A stretch of DNA of 63,552 bases, filler included, from Diploschistes diacapsis (lineage: Eukaryota), in NCBI GenBank assembly GCA_023645945.1. It is 14 parts of 14 records of this genome, joined end to end, with 100 filler letters (N's around TTAATTAATTAA, not from the genome) between each part and the next. Parts side by side here need not be neighbours in the genome. Positions count along the whole stretch, not along the records: positions 1 to 21,972 come from JALAIB010000293.1; 13 more parts are not named here. One strand, 5' to 3'. The first letter of the stretch is position 1; every line of letters starts with the position of its first letter. The notes beneath the pieces were generated by a model. It was not told where the DNA came from, made no database searches, and saw only the letters and a list, made by a program, of their open reading frames with translations. Position numbers and translations under genes: made by a program. Of this stretch, positions 1 to 12,056 are shown in pieces.

Positions 1-3000
1 GAGACGGGGCGAAAGCGCGTTGTGTTTGCGGAAATCGCCAGCCGAAAAGAACTATCATTTTGCAGGACACCGGGACCCCTGGTACGTAACGTACCTCTTG
101 CCATCATTCTCCTTTTTTTTTTTGGGGGGGGGGGAGGAGTACCCACGCAAGAGCTCCCGGAAAATGCGGGCTTCGGATCGGGTTGTAAGACAACTTCTCC
201 GGGGTAAGCGAAAGCTGTTTTCCCCCCCGATCTATTGATTGGGTCTGAATCGTCCCATCTCTCGCGGCGCTCTTTTGTGTACATGGGCGTGAAATGGGGG
301 GGGGAAAGGTATTGGGTGAAGGCATTTTGTTTTGTAAGTTGTAACGGCCCGTCTTGGGCTTTACTACCCGCTTTCGGGGCTCCGCGACATACATAAATAC
401 GTTGGGAGGCCGCTGATTATATCCTTCGCGGCCCCTTTGGGGCGTGCCGGAGGCCATGGTGCTGCTGAGGCAGCAGGAGGACATGCCCCCGATGGACATT
501 GTGGCTGGGCGATTGCGAGGACGGGAGGGGGAGTATGGAGAGTTTTTGCAAAGTGGATGATTTCCTTATGTGCCCCGCGCCGGTAAAAACGCGTATGTGT
601 ATCCCTTGATCCGCTCGATTGCGGTCTATCTTGTAGTTAACCTCAAGCACCATTCGAGCTTTTTTTGTGTTGGCTTACAGTGGTAAAAGAGGTGTTGGGT
701 ATGTCGATTATCATCTCGACTACTGCCTGACTGAAGCGGGATTCTGAGTCTCGAAGAAAGTAGGCCAATACCAATTTGGCAAATCGCGCAAGCCCCTTAA
801 TCGAAAGGGGGAAAATTATTAATGATGGATAGTTTGCGCGCAAGGCCCAAGCTTAGGGGATTCCCTTTTCGCCAGCAAGAATATTACTGAAAGGCTTTGC
901 TAGAAGACTTCTTGGCCGGTTGATGCTATCTAGTCTTGTGTCTTCCATTTTATGATTGTAGAGGTGTTCTTGTATGCGAGGTTATCTAAGTCGTACTTAA
1001 AGGCGGGCTTCATATGACAGACTACTACAGCAGAGACAAGCTTACCTTTACCTGACAGATGGGAGCCGCTCCTTGCACTCGAGCGCCTGGGTAATCGGAA
1101 TTCAATTGTCAAGAATCTCTTTCCATGTCCTCAAGGATGAGGAAATGGGCAAGCGCCGTGTAGCAACTAACGTGGAGCTAAGGAGAGGGCAGAAGATTTT
1201 GCATCGCGATACTGTACAGCATGGAAAAGCCAGACCTGTCATGTCAGTAGCTGATGATGAAATGACAAACCGCAGGGTGACTCTCTCCACATACTGGGTA
1301 CCGTGGCTATTTGCCACCAAACAGACCGCGCTTTCTATAAGCATTCATCATCACACCCAGAACCAATGCTTCTTCAATCCCTGCCATCACCAGCACCTAA
1401 ACCCATCACACATGCGACCAGCGGACGACAGCCGATTCGATACCAGCTCTCTCTTTCGGTCCCGCTCGCGCCCGTCATAGCACGCGTACGTTGCTCTCGC
1501 GGGGCCGTGCGCGGACACGGCGAGGTACCCGCTGCTGAGGAAAGTCGGATCGTTGGCTCGTAGCTAGTAGCGAAGAGTGGAGAGGCATCGAACAAATTTC
1601 GCACATACATATGTAAGAGTAAGTCCTACTGTATCAGTTGGTGAGGACGGAGTGCTCCGCACGATTCTCCGTCATTCTAAGAGCAGACGTTAAATCGTGG
1701 CGACTCGCAAGATCTTCGGCTTGGACAGGCGGATCTTTTATCTTTTAGGTAATAGAATCTTGTTGGGCATCCATTATGGAAGAACTCTCTTCCCCACAAT
1801 CCGGCGCAAACGCAGACGGAGCAGAAGCACGTTTGAAAAGGGATACATGGAAACCAAGACAGAGGTTCGAATTGAATGTGCCATTGGCCAATCAGACAAG
1901 GAGTGGGAGAGGACTTAGCATGCGGAAAACATGGAAAACACTAACCACCACAGAGCATCCACATACCATACGAAGCGAGGTGTAGCTACCTACTACTGAT
2001 AACGGCAATAGAATCCCGCCTTTGAAAGTGTCAAAGTCGTCAGCGCTGGTAAGGTGGGCGAGGAAGTGCCCACCGCGCCTTGTGTGGAGTGTATAGCTGG
2101 GATGTGAGTCTCAAAAGAGATGCCGCTCCTTTGCTGGAGAGCTGACAGAGCAGATGGCCATAACAGCCTCGGCCCAGCGTTGCCTCAAAATACTCTCTCT
2201 GATAATTATTTGTTTGAAAAGTCCACGATCAAATACTGCAAAAAGACGCAGCAGCCACGACCCAGCAAAACAAGCTCGTCCCCCCTGCCAAAAATTGCTG
2301 ACCAGACACGGTACAGAAGTACTTCTCATCACTCTCATCAATCAAGATAATGCCCAACCTCACCGACGTTGCCCATCACTCCCAGCGCCAGACCATCATT
2401 TACCCACAGAGGCTTCAACGCCAGGCAAAAGTGCTCGAGCACCGGGTTCGTAATCAGCCGCATCACGTCCTCGACCGTGGTTCCCGGGCACGCGACGTGA
2501 TACCACTATCATAACGCATTCTTGCGGGACGGCAAGGCAAAGGCTGGGAAGGAAGGTGATGGGAAGCAGCTCGCACGAACCTTGTTGCACCAGAATACAG
2601 ACTGGATGTGCATCCTACAGTGTACAATGGTGATCCTCGTGGTGGACCATGCGCAGACAGCTGATCTCGACTTCCCAAAGCAGAAGACACAGAGTATCTA
2701 TATGTGATGCCGGATCTTCCCACAGGAGTGTACAACTTTTGTAGCTGAAGCACCTCATAACCGAGCCTGATTGATTTCCAGCGTGTTCTCAGTTCTCACT
2801 TCGTTCCCGAGTTCTTCCCCTTCGCTCGGACGAGGAAGTTGTAAGCCAACGTGCCAGTTTCGTGAGAGTCCAATAAATCAGGATGCTAATACTTGGCCAC
2901 GGCTCTGTTGCCCGAGGGCATGCCTTGTCTTGTCTTGTCTTGTCTTGTACACTTGTACTCGGGGAATTCCACCAGCGGTGAAAAACGCCCCGAAAAGCCG

Positions 3001-4680
3001 TCCGAAACATTAGTTCTCGTCGCCTCCCTGATTGGCCGCATTCCAGAAACAACGATTGGCCAGGAAAAAGCTTAACCCTTAGCCGTAGCTGCGAGTAAGC
3101 GCCCGGGCTAAGCAACGTCGACAGTATAGTATGGGGGGGCTTTGGTTTGTAAAACCTGTGTTGCTTCCCGGGCATTTCGGGGAGTGGGCGTGCAGCACGG
3201 ACTTGGAAATGCTTTATCGAGCGCACGAGGACGAGGACGGGGGCAAGGGTAGGTAGGTGTGCAGGGGCCGGCAGCCTTGTAGTTAGCCCTTGTTGCGGGG
3301 ACCCTTCTGCCAGTTACGACTTTATCATGTACATGTACAGAGTACCTTGCCTACGTACACAAGACACCATAGGTAGTAAATCTGCCAGATATCGACAATG
3401 GCGAACGAACGAGAGAACGTGAAGAAACAGAAGGCCGGAAAAAGCACAGAGGCCGGGATGTCAAGTGTGTCGAGTTGTCGGCGGCGGGCGACGGCGCAGG
3501 CGAGGCTGCAGGCGTTCCACCTCCATCCTGCAAAACACCTCCAAATGTCTCAGCTCACAATGTCAACAGAAACAGAGTAGAGCCCTCCCTGTCTTCGTTA
3601 CCAAGAAAAAATTGAGCTTCTGGCTATCTTCGCACCCCCCCCCCCCGGTTGACCTATCCGGCCTCGTGCCTGGTGGTGGGCAGCAGGCTGCTGATTAGCT
3701 CCCACACCTCCCCTCAACAAAGGGCAGATCTATGCAGTACATGTCCTGTCCTGTACGGGTGGCTTCTTCATGCACGCTGGTATGCAAAGCGTGCAGAAGA
3801 GACTAGCGATATCAAAAGCAAGGCAGACTCTGCTGGATTGGGATCAGCTGAGCCCGAGCCCGAGCCCGAGCCCTTGCTGAAGGATTTGATTGAGTTCGAT
3901 TATGCGCAATAGCTACCTAGTACAAGTACAAAACATACTAGATAGTAGGACGTTGGTAGAGAGTCACATGGGTCAAACGAGGAGACGCAAGTGCAGTAGT
4001 GTCTTTCGCACTTGGATTTCAATAGCCTCCGGATCGCATTCATTATTCATTTCCAGATGAACAAGAACGCTATCCATCTAGTGCTGTCTCAGAAACGCTT
4101 TGCCTTCCTGATGATGGGTGTCGCTAGCTTGGGGGGGGGGTATTGTATGCTCGCTCGCCCTCACCTATCTGTAAGAAATGGAGATGGTATGACAGTGTGG
4201 CCGCCCGTCCTTGCATGTTCCTAAAACCTTGCACCTCCCCCCGTAGTAGCAACAGGCCCAGCCAAGTAATTTTCACGACAGCGTCGTTATCTGCACGATC
4301 CATACCTTCCTCGGCCTTTCTTTTTGCATATCCCAACCCTCTCCCTCACCCCAGGTCTTATTTTGCCCAACCAGACCCATCCATCCATTCATCCATCCAG
4401 AGGACGCAAATGCGTCCAGACAGTTCTTTGCCCGCGTTCGCCAAAACATAGAAAATACCTAAAGAGATCCGGTCCATATCGTGAGAAACTCCGCCAACGC
4501 GCGCGCTATCCTCATTTCGTAAAGCTGTAGCCTCCTGTGTAAATCGTGGCCTCATTAAAACATTTGCCGAGTCAAGGGTGTCGAGGAGTGACCAGAACGG
4601 GGTCGACGGAAGCGTGTAGCGGCGACTTGTAGTATGCCATTGTTGCAATAGAAAATCAAAAGACAACGCAAGCTCTGAAA

Positions 4681-5451
4681 TCACTCCTCGATCTTTCTCC
4701 GCTTGCCCCTCGGGGCAGGCTCGAGTGGCGTTCGGGTATATGTAACGGTCCTGGTGACGACTTGCTTGACGCTGACTGCTCGAGGACATCCGGACTTGGG
4801 TGGATCCGGGAAGTATCTAGTCTTGCCTTCGATTACCCAGCTGGTGGGCGAGTAGGGGGAGCGCAGCATGGCACTTCGTGGCGTTGCGCTTCTCGATGTG
4901 GCACTCCGGCATATCGCGCTGCGGGGCGACTCGCTGATGGACGAGTAGGGGGACGAGGGGATGCGAAGCCTTCGAAGAGTAGCCGGAGCCTTTGACGACG
5001 TTGAGGAAGATCGAGAGAGCGTTGGACGAACGAACGGGCTAGGAGGAAGGAGCGGAGCCGACTGGGCAGTCGCCAGATCGGGCCTCTTGTTCGTTGTCGT
5101 CTCGCTATCGCACGATCGAAAGCTGGCAGCGCTGGAGGGTTGCGTGATCGGCGTGAGGTGGCCGGTTTTGTCGGTGAAGCTGAAGCTCGATTTCATGCTT
5201 GTAGCGGTACATGGCGTAGACACCGCCGGGGACAGTGCTTTGAGGAAATCCGTATAGGCACTCGGTGGAGTGATGGGCGTCCTCATGTCGGCCTCGACCT
5301 TGAAAACGCTGGCGCCCTGCTCAGGGTGGGGGCTACGAGGCAACTCCGACGGAAGGACTGGGCCTGGGGACGTGGGAGTCTTCAAGAGCGGAAGGCTCGG
5401 CTTGGCTGGAGCTGCTGGCGCGGGCATCACCGCAGGTGAAGCGAGGGCCAT
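4681..5451 (-). CDS. Uncharacterised Ser/Pro/Thr-rich protein (256 aa) with C-terminal basic NLS-like motif
   Basis: Single-exon ORF; ATG at 5451 in good context (AAACCATGG). Motifs TPITPPSAYTDFLKALSP, RRLRIP and VKQVVTRTVTYTRTPLEPAPRGKRRKIEE resemble a conserved Pezizomycotina hypothetical family. Confidence 0.8.
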   Translation of the reverse strand: MALASPAVMPAPAAPAKPSLPLLKTPTSPGPVLPSELPRSPHPEQGASVFKVEADMRTPITPPSAYTDFLKALSPAVSTPCTATSMKSSFSFTDKTGHLTPITQPSSAASFRSCDSETTTNKRPDLATAQSAPLLPPSPFVRPTLSRSSSTSSKAPATLRRLRIPSSPYSSISESPRSAICRSATSRSATPRSAMLRSPYSPTSWVIEGKTRYFPDPPKSGCPRAVSVKQVVTRTVTYTRTPLEPAPRGKRRKIEE

Positions 5452-7762
5452 GGTTTGCAAGAGACTTTTGAAGGTCAAACGACTGACTTCAAGGCTGTAC
5501 CGACGGGCGGCGAAGGTTAGCCGTAGCAGCGAAGAGAAGGAAAAATGAGTTGGAGGGTAGGTGACGATTATAAGAAAGTACCACACCCAGGTAGGGCGTA
5601 GGCGAGGGAGAAACAAGCAATGAACATGGGCGCGTAACGTACAGAAGTGAACGCCCAGAAGGTTGTCCGCGCTAGGAGGCTAGCTCTTAGCTGCAAGCCT
5701 GCAACAAGGCTGCTGTATACAACGGGGGCGGGCGCGTAGGCTGGAATTGGACAAGAAACGAGCGAGTAGGGGAAAGAGTGGTCACGGGGGAAAGGCCCGG
5801 GTTGTAAATGACAGCGGCCGCCTGTGGTGCTGGTCTTGTTTGGCGTTAATCCAGACGAATGTGAGAGGCACCTGGAGCCTTGAGCCGTGAGGTTGACTCG
5901 GAGAGTGTGGGAGGAGGAGTGGTGGGCAGAGAGCCTGTGATGATAACGCGCTTGGCTTGGCGTTGTGATTGGTTGAAAGTCGAGCAAAGAATAGAAGGGC
6001 GCTAAGGACCTAAGGGGAACTGAGGTGGCTCGAAAGGGACTAACCTCCCACTAAACCCCACTAAACCCCGAAGTGCCCGAGAAAGCGAGAAAAGCGAGAC
6101 AGGGAGTCCACGAGGAGATGGGATGCAATGGATCAGCCGTCGCAAGCCAACACGCCCTTTCTCCTAGATGACTGGTCGACGCTTGCCGCCGTGTCCTTTA
6201 GCGCCTTGCTGGGCAGGATATCGATCTCTCCGTTGTGACTCGTGAGCCTCTTGAGTAGTTCCTAGTTCTCACTAATGCTGTCAGTGTCACCGGTTCGTCC
6301 TCACTTTCCATAGACTGCTGGCTCGGATCGATTCCTCGAACGGGAGCCCAACCTTCTGGAAACAACGAAGATGACAAGGTGAGACGTGGTGTTTACCAGC
6401 TACTCGGGCAGCCTCTTGAAAGGTGCTTACAACAAATCTGACGAAACAGTATCTGGATCAAGAAAACTCGATGAACGATGGCGCGATTCGGAAAGCTCCT
6501 ATGATCTCGAAAGAGACTACTACAGTATTGTTTCTCTGCAGAACTTGCCTACTACTTATACCCCAATTCGCAACTGTTGACAGCGCCTTGCACTGGGCAC
6601 CGTCAAGGAGACCCCGCCGGCCTATTTATCAGCTCCCGCGCGGCTGCTCAATCCATTTCGTGTTTTCATTAAATCTTCACATCTATTGGATCGGGAAGAC
6701 AGCTGTTGGCTTTTGCTTCCTCAACCCGCATTTCGAGATGCCGGCGCTCTTGGGCGCAACGCTGTACCCCACACCTGCTAACGCCGGTTCTGCTAGAATT
6801 TCCCTCGTGGTGCTTGGAGGCGCCCTGTCTCATAGTAGATTAAGAGCCACAAGTGCATCAACTCTCGAGCGTGGCTATTAGGGCTTGTTTTGGTTGTGTT
6901 AGGTTCCCCACATTGTCTCAACAGCCTTAGAACCCAGCGATGCCACGTTCCAGTGTCGGTCCTATAACGAGTTTGGTGCGCAGCTCTCCAATCTTGTCGA
7001 CGACCAGCTTTAATGCTGACACACGTATGGCATCATTCCGCGACATTCTAATGAACGGCGTGCATGTTATTTGCAAAGTAAATTGCTGCGCTGCTGGTGG
7101 GTTGAACAATGTCACTGGGGTCTAATTGCAAAACCATTCAAGAACGGCCTCAACTCAAGGCTTACTCACTGGCTGCAGGAAGGAAATTGTGGGCACGGAC
7201 AGCCTGGGAGAGCTCCAAGTTTCTGAAACGCACAAGCAGAGATACCGAACCCTGTTCTAACACATGATCATTCCACAACCTCATTGATATTGATAAGTAG
7301 TAAGAAAACTAGCCTCTCAGCGCCCACATGGTTCTCAAAAGAAACTGACGAATTGCGAGTCTTCAGCTTTGTCCTCAAGCTACGTTTCCAAGGCCAGCAT
7401 CATGCTCCTCGTTCATACAGAGCTGGGTTATCTTCATGGATAAACTCAAATGGCGGGACATCAAATCCTTGGCAACGCACCACCACCACTCTTATTCTGG
7501 TCCATCCGAGGTGATTACGTCCATTGGATAATTTTAGAACGGGACGGCATCCCCAAGTCAATTGCCTTAGCTCGGGTAGGTAAAAGAGCTTCAAGGCTCC
7601 ACGGATAAGAGTAACCGACAAAAAATGAGATGCGGAGAAGATCTCACCAGTAGAACATCTCGTAGCCGAAATAGCTACTGGGCACGTACTTCCTGGCTCG
7701 TCGTCTGTTCCTGGCGGGCACATGCCCTCCTCATGATGGTCAAGGTGTAATCAATGGGGTCC

Positions 7763-8986
7763 TCATGCAAGGAATCCTGGATTGTTCTTACGTATCTGGA
7801 CCAGCCGCTCTGTCTGGGTATAGAGTTGATCGAGATGTGCCATGGCAGAGGCATCTTTGAGTATCTTGGCTACCTGTAGTCCTGCGGATATGAGCTGCAG
7901 CACATTCCTATCATCCTTTAGTGGCCGTGACTGGTGCTTTGCAGCATGGCGCATCTCCAAAGAGTTCTCCAAAACGGTAATAAATTGCTTAATCTGGCCA
8001 TTGTAAAGAATCCTGGCTGGAATTCGCCTTTTGGTAGCAAGCCGTTTCAATAGGTAGACCCATTCGGTCCATTCTCTATCGCTTGGAATTTTCACAGGCC
8101 TTTTGTCCGATTCAATGGGGATGGGAAATTGATATTTAGCAACAAAGTCAAAGGCACATTTAGACAAGCGCTCGTTGACCTGACCCAGGATGTTGTCTTG
8201 CTCATCGACCTGCAGGTTGGTTGCAAGATGTGGCAGTTCCCGTTCTTGGCCTGCAATAGTCCTAGGGGACGGCTTGTCAAGAAGTTGATGGGGTCCATCA
8301 AACTCATCTCGGTTTGAAGGTTTCCTCTGGCTGTATCCTCGGCCCCTACCTCTAGTATCACTCATGGTTGTCCTACCTTCATGGCTATCATGACCGTACT
8401 CTGAGCCCATCCATGAGGAGGCGTCCTCATCCCAAGGGCACGACTCCGGAGACATCCGCACCCTCGAGTTACTATCCCACTGGCTTTGTGGGATGCCAGG
8501 GCCCATTGAGAGCCAGCTACTCGTGGGCACCCTCTGGCTGGTTGGATAGTCGTCTGACCAAACGCTCCCGGATCGATGCGAGCTGTGATAAGGACGATCA
8601 TGGGCAGCAAAAAGGGATCTCGAAGTATTGAACGAAGCTTCCGCAAACGATCCCGAGCTGCTGGAGGGACCCCGGTGTAAGGAATCACCCATTGGTCTTC
8701 AATGTGTATTAGCACCACTCCCATCTATATAAAGTATCCGTGCTTTGCTGACCCGGATATAGGGCGGCCACTGTGATCGAGTTCAGGGGTGTGCGCAGTC
8801 AGTGGTGTAAAAGCTGCGTTCCCGGCCGGACTGTGCGGTCGTTAGAAGCTTGGCATATAACGAGTTTGTCTGACATTCTAACCTGGGGATATACGCAGAC
8901 AAGTCGGAAGAGGCCGATGAAACAATATTTGGGTGCATCCCACGGGACTCCCAGGGGCTTCCAGTCATGCCTCCTCGATAGGACAT
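7763..8986 (-). CDS. Conserved fungal hypothetical protein with helical C-terminal domain, 3 exons
   Basis: The 309-aa ORF (7763-8692) extends upstream in frame across two phase-2 introns, 8697-8752 (GTCAGC..GCTAAT..GAAG) and 8831-8882 (GTTAGA..CTAAC..CAG). Start is 8986 (alternative 9013). C-terminal CAFDFVAKYQFPIP...WTEWVYLLKRLATKRRIPAR looks like a folded, conserved domain. Confidence 0.8.
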
Positions 8987-10756
8987 TGTTAAAGGGCTCA
9001 CGAGCAGTGTCATCGAGGATTGAAGGCTTGGTAGAAGCGGTTGGTCGCCCTGTAGTCAATATATCCCTGGTGAAGTAGATAGTAAGAATTCTAGACCTGA
9101 ATCAAATAGTATGGAATGTCAACAGAACCAAGATGCCCGACAGAAAGTGGGCTCGGGAGGAACGTTATTGACGCCCAAGCAGTAACCATGCTGATCAGGA
9201 AGGGATAACGTATGATGTAGACTGCAAGCTTGATTGAGATCGACATCTAAGAAACTGCGAGCGTAGGTCGAGGGCATCTAGGAAGCCCTTCTCTGACACG
9301 CTATGGCCCCAAGCTTTTTGTTTGGCTGGAGCACTCTACCGAAGGGCAGTAGTGCCCGGGTATGCGGCGCCCGCATTACACGAGCAGTTACCAAGGAAAT
9401 GCTTGTCTGTAAAAGCGAGCACGTAAGATCGACAACGATATCGTCCTTTCTTCGTCGGGCAGAGGGTCTCGGGAAACCATTATTCTCCTCCAAGTCTACT
9501 AAGCTGATCAGAGCTTGGAGAACAAGGGACTTGCTTGCCGAGGGGTGCCCAAAAGCAGCAGATCCAGCTTGAATATTACCTTGGTTGTGCTTGATTGGAT
9601 CTTTAGCGGATGAAGGGAACATTAAGCGCAAGCAATTTCTGCACTATAGAAAGCAAATGACAGGGGCCTAAGGTGAAAGCAGATGAATGCCGATATGGCT
9701 TTTGTCGGTGAAGCTGGGGACTGGACCCTTTTTTGGGTCCGCCCAAGAGTTAGAAAGAGAGTTTGCTCGCATCCTTGAAAGTATGCACCCCGGAGGCTTA
9801 TCCATAGTGAGTGCGAAAATGCAACGACGCCGGTGATGGCTCGACCAACATTGCTGGAGACCACGAAAAGCCTTACAATCAGAAATCAAAGACTGATGCA
9901 CCCATGTACTTTATTGAGTCGGTTGAACAAGTAGAATATGGCTCCACTTTTTGAGGACGAATTGTAGGTCTCCCGAATTGGACCATGCTCATGTAGGAAT
10001 CAGACTTTATCGGTAGAATAGTATTTTCTGAAGCGAGGGGAGGGTGTCTTTTCCGCAAAGCTCAATATGACGCCTTTGAGCAAGGTCGATCCTAACTAAA
10101 ACGGATTGCAGGTCAGTTAGCCCGGCATCTTGATTCCTGTCGACTTTAGACAGTCACGGGCTTGAAGGCAAACAGCATAGAACAAACGGTACAGGGGCCT
10201 TGCGCATGAGTTGGGATATCGCTACAGAGCGATAGGAAGGTTTTGCATGGCTGGAGAGCGCTTGACGAGCGATGACCCTGCATAGAATACCGCGTTATCG
10301 GCACTCTAGCAGGCAAGGCAGCCCTCTGATCGCGCGTCAAGGATACCAAATGAGAGCACCTCTAAGAGCTCCGCCAGTCTGAAGGCATTCCATGAAAGAG
10401 GTGAAGAAGAACTAGTATCAAGCACGATCGAACTATGTAAGGTTGGGCGAGTTCTTGCTGCCCAAGCGCCGATCAGAAAAACGAGTCAAGAGTCATGAGC
10501 AGGGATTTGCGGGAAGTAGTTAACCTCGGCCATTATGTAATCTTACTTTCTTCTAAACTTTTCCATTGGCATCTGTAGAAATACCTTCCACATCTTTATT
10601 CATGGCTTCGAAATGCGTTCATGTGCTCGAATCTTCTTTGATTCATGGTTCGGGTTCAGACTCACTCATGGATCTTCAAAACTGATGTCTCCTTCGCATG
10701 TAAGTGTACCCAAGACGGGTTCTTTAGTTCCCTTAAACTGTATTGATCCAGTTTGC

Positions 10757-11295
10757 TTATGTTATCGGCAAGGATAAACCCCTTGCCAGCTTCGCGAAGT
10801 TGAATGTCCTCGACCAGACTGGCTTTCCTTCCTCAGCCATTCGGAAGCTTGAAGCCAGCGTTCTGATTGCCGTTGTAGAAGCAACGCAACTGGGAATGGA
10901 ATACGTCCACTCGGCAATACGGTCATGCCATAGCGGTTCACTGTTTATCAAAGTGTAGCTGCATCGGTATCCGTTACATTCTCGAAGGCACAGGACAGTA
11001 GACAAGTGCACAGGACCGGCGGCTGGAGCGTCGTTCCGCTCATCAAGAACGATCCGGCCATGCTTGCTCGTATCCTCTGCGACACTCCTCAAGCGCTCAC
11101 TTTATGTCCTGGCCAAAGTGACGGCTTCTCTAATAATTTCTCTTGTCGACGTGTCTGAGAAACTGATATTATAGAGTGTCCTCCACGGAAATTTCCGCCG
11201 AGTAGTTTCTAAAAGGTGATGAACCCCTTTTGGACTTCCGAATAAGGTATTTTTTTGTTATAGTCTTCAGAACGGTGTCGAGATACTCGATGTCC
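10757..11295 (-). pseudogene. Possible degenerate gene relic (weak Rho/Ras-like resemblance)
   Basis: Intron acceptor CTAACAGATTGCAG ends at 11296 and is followed by broken frames (FRNYSAEISVED / LYNISFSDTS ... VLCL ... INSEPLWHDRIAEWTYSIP) with a frameshift and stops. Confidence 0.2.
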
Positions 11296-12056
11296 CTGCA
11301 ATCTGTTAGTAACAACGTGCCATATCTTGCGCACTGGTATTTAATTATCTTAGCATTAGAGTCTTCCGCTTACAAGCATTAACAGGCGTTCTGGAGGCGT
11401 TTCCCGTATGTTAGGTTCTTCCCAACACGTGACCAAGCAGCACGTGATCAAACACCGCATGCGGTTTGGACTGGGGGAGGGGCAAATCGACAACAATTGA
11501 CAGCCCACGAGAGAGTTTTTTCCACCATTTCGTTACTTCAGTACAACAAGATTAGTACACTACTTTCGTGCATGCGAAGAGCGAATTCCCCGCATCTTAC
11601 TTAGCTTTCCATGCTCCTGCTGCTGGAAAGCTCCTCTCTTGCTGTTGTACAACTACCTGCCCCAGAAGCTGACCCCTCCTAGATGGATCGAACGCTACCG
11701 CTATAGCTCTACCCCGTGATGACTAACATGAACCCAAGCTTCCTACTTCGGAAGCAAGCTCTAGCCATCTTCTTATGGATCCGCCATGCGGCTTATCATT
11801 CTTTGAGATAGCTACATTCTGTCAATGGGCCGCTCTTCAATGACGGTAAATATGACGACAATCGCTGCACTGTGTGTTTACTGTTATCGTATAAAACCTT
11901 GCATATATTCCATGTCGTTAGTTTATGCGAAAGCAGCTACTTCAGCGGTTAACCCAATACAGCAGCTGCTATCAACTGGTCGTCGGACGGCATACAAATT
12001 CCTCTGAGGCTCCCTTCCATTACATTTTACTCTCCTTTCCCACATTTGCCCTCAAA

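Noticed and set aside
1..4600. Many 60-145 aa ORFs
   Set aside because: No recognisable motifs or consistent splice model; contains only microsatellites (GTCTT at ~2925, GAGCCC at ~3850) and homopolymers. Treated as intergenic.
5452..5616. N-terminal extension of the 311-aa ORF
   Set aside because: Starts at TTG and reads like pyrimidine-rich 5' UTR; ATG 5451 has the better context.
6048..6070. CCACTAAACC repeats resembling telomere seeds
   Set aside because: Only two copies, not TTAGGG, internal position.
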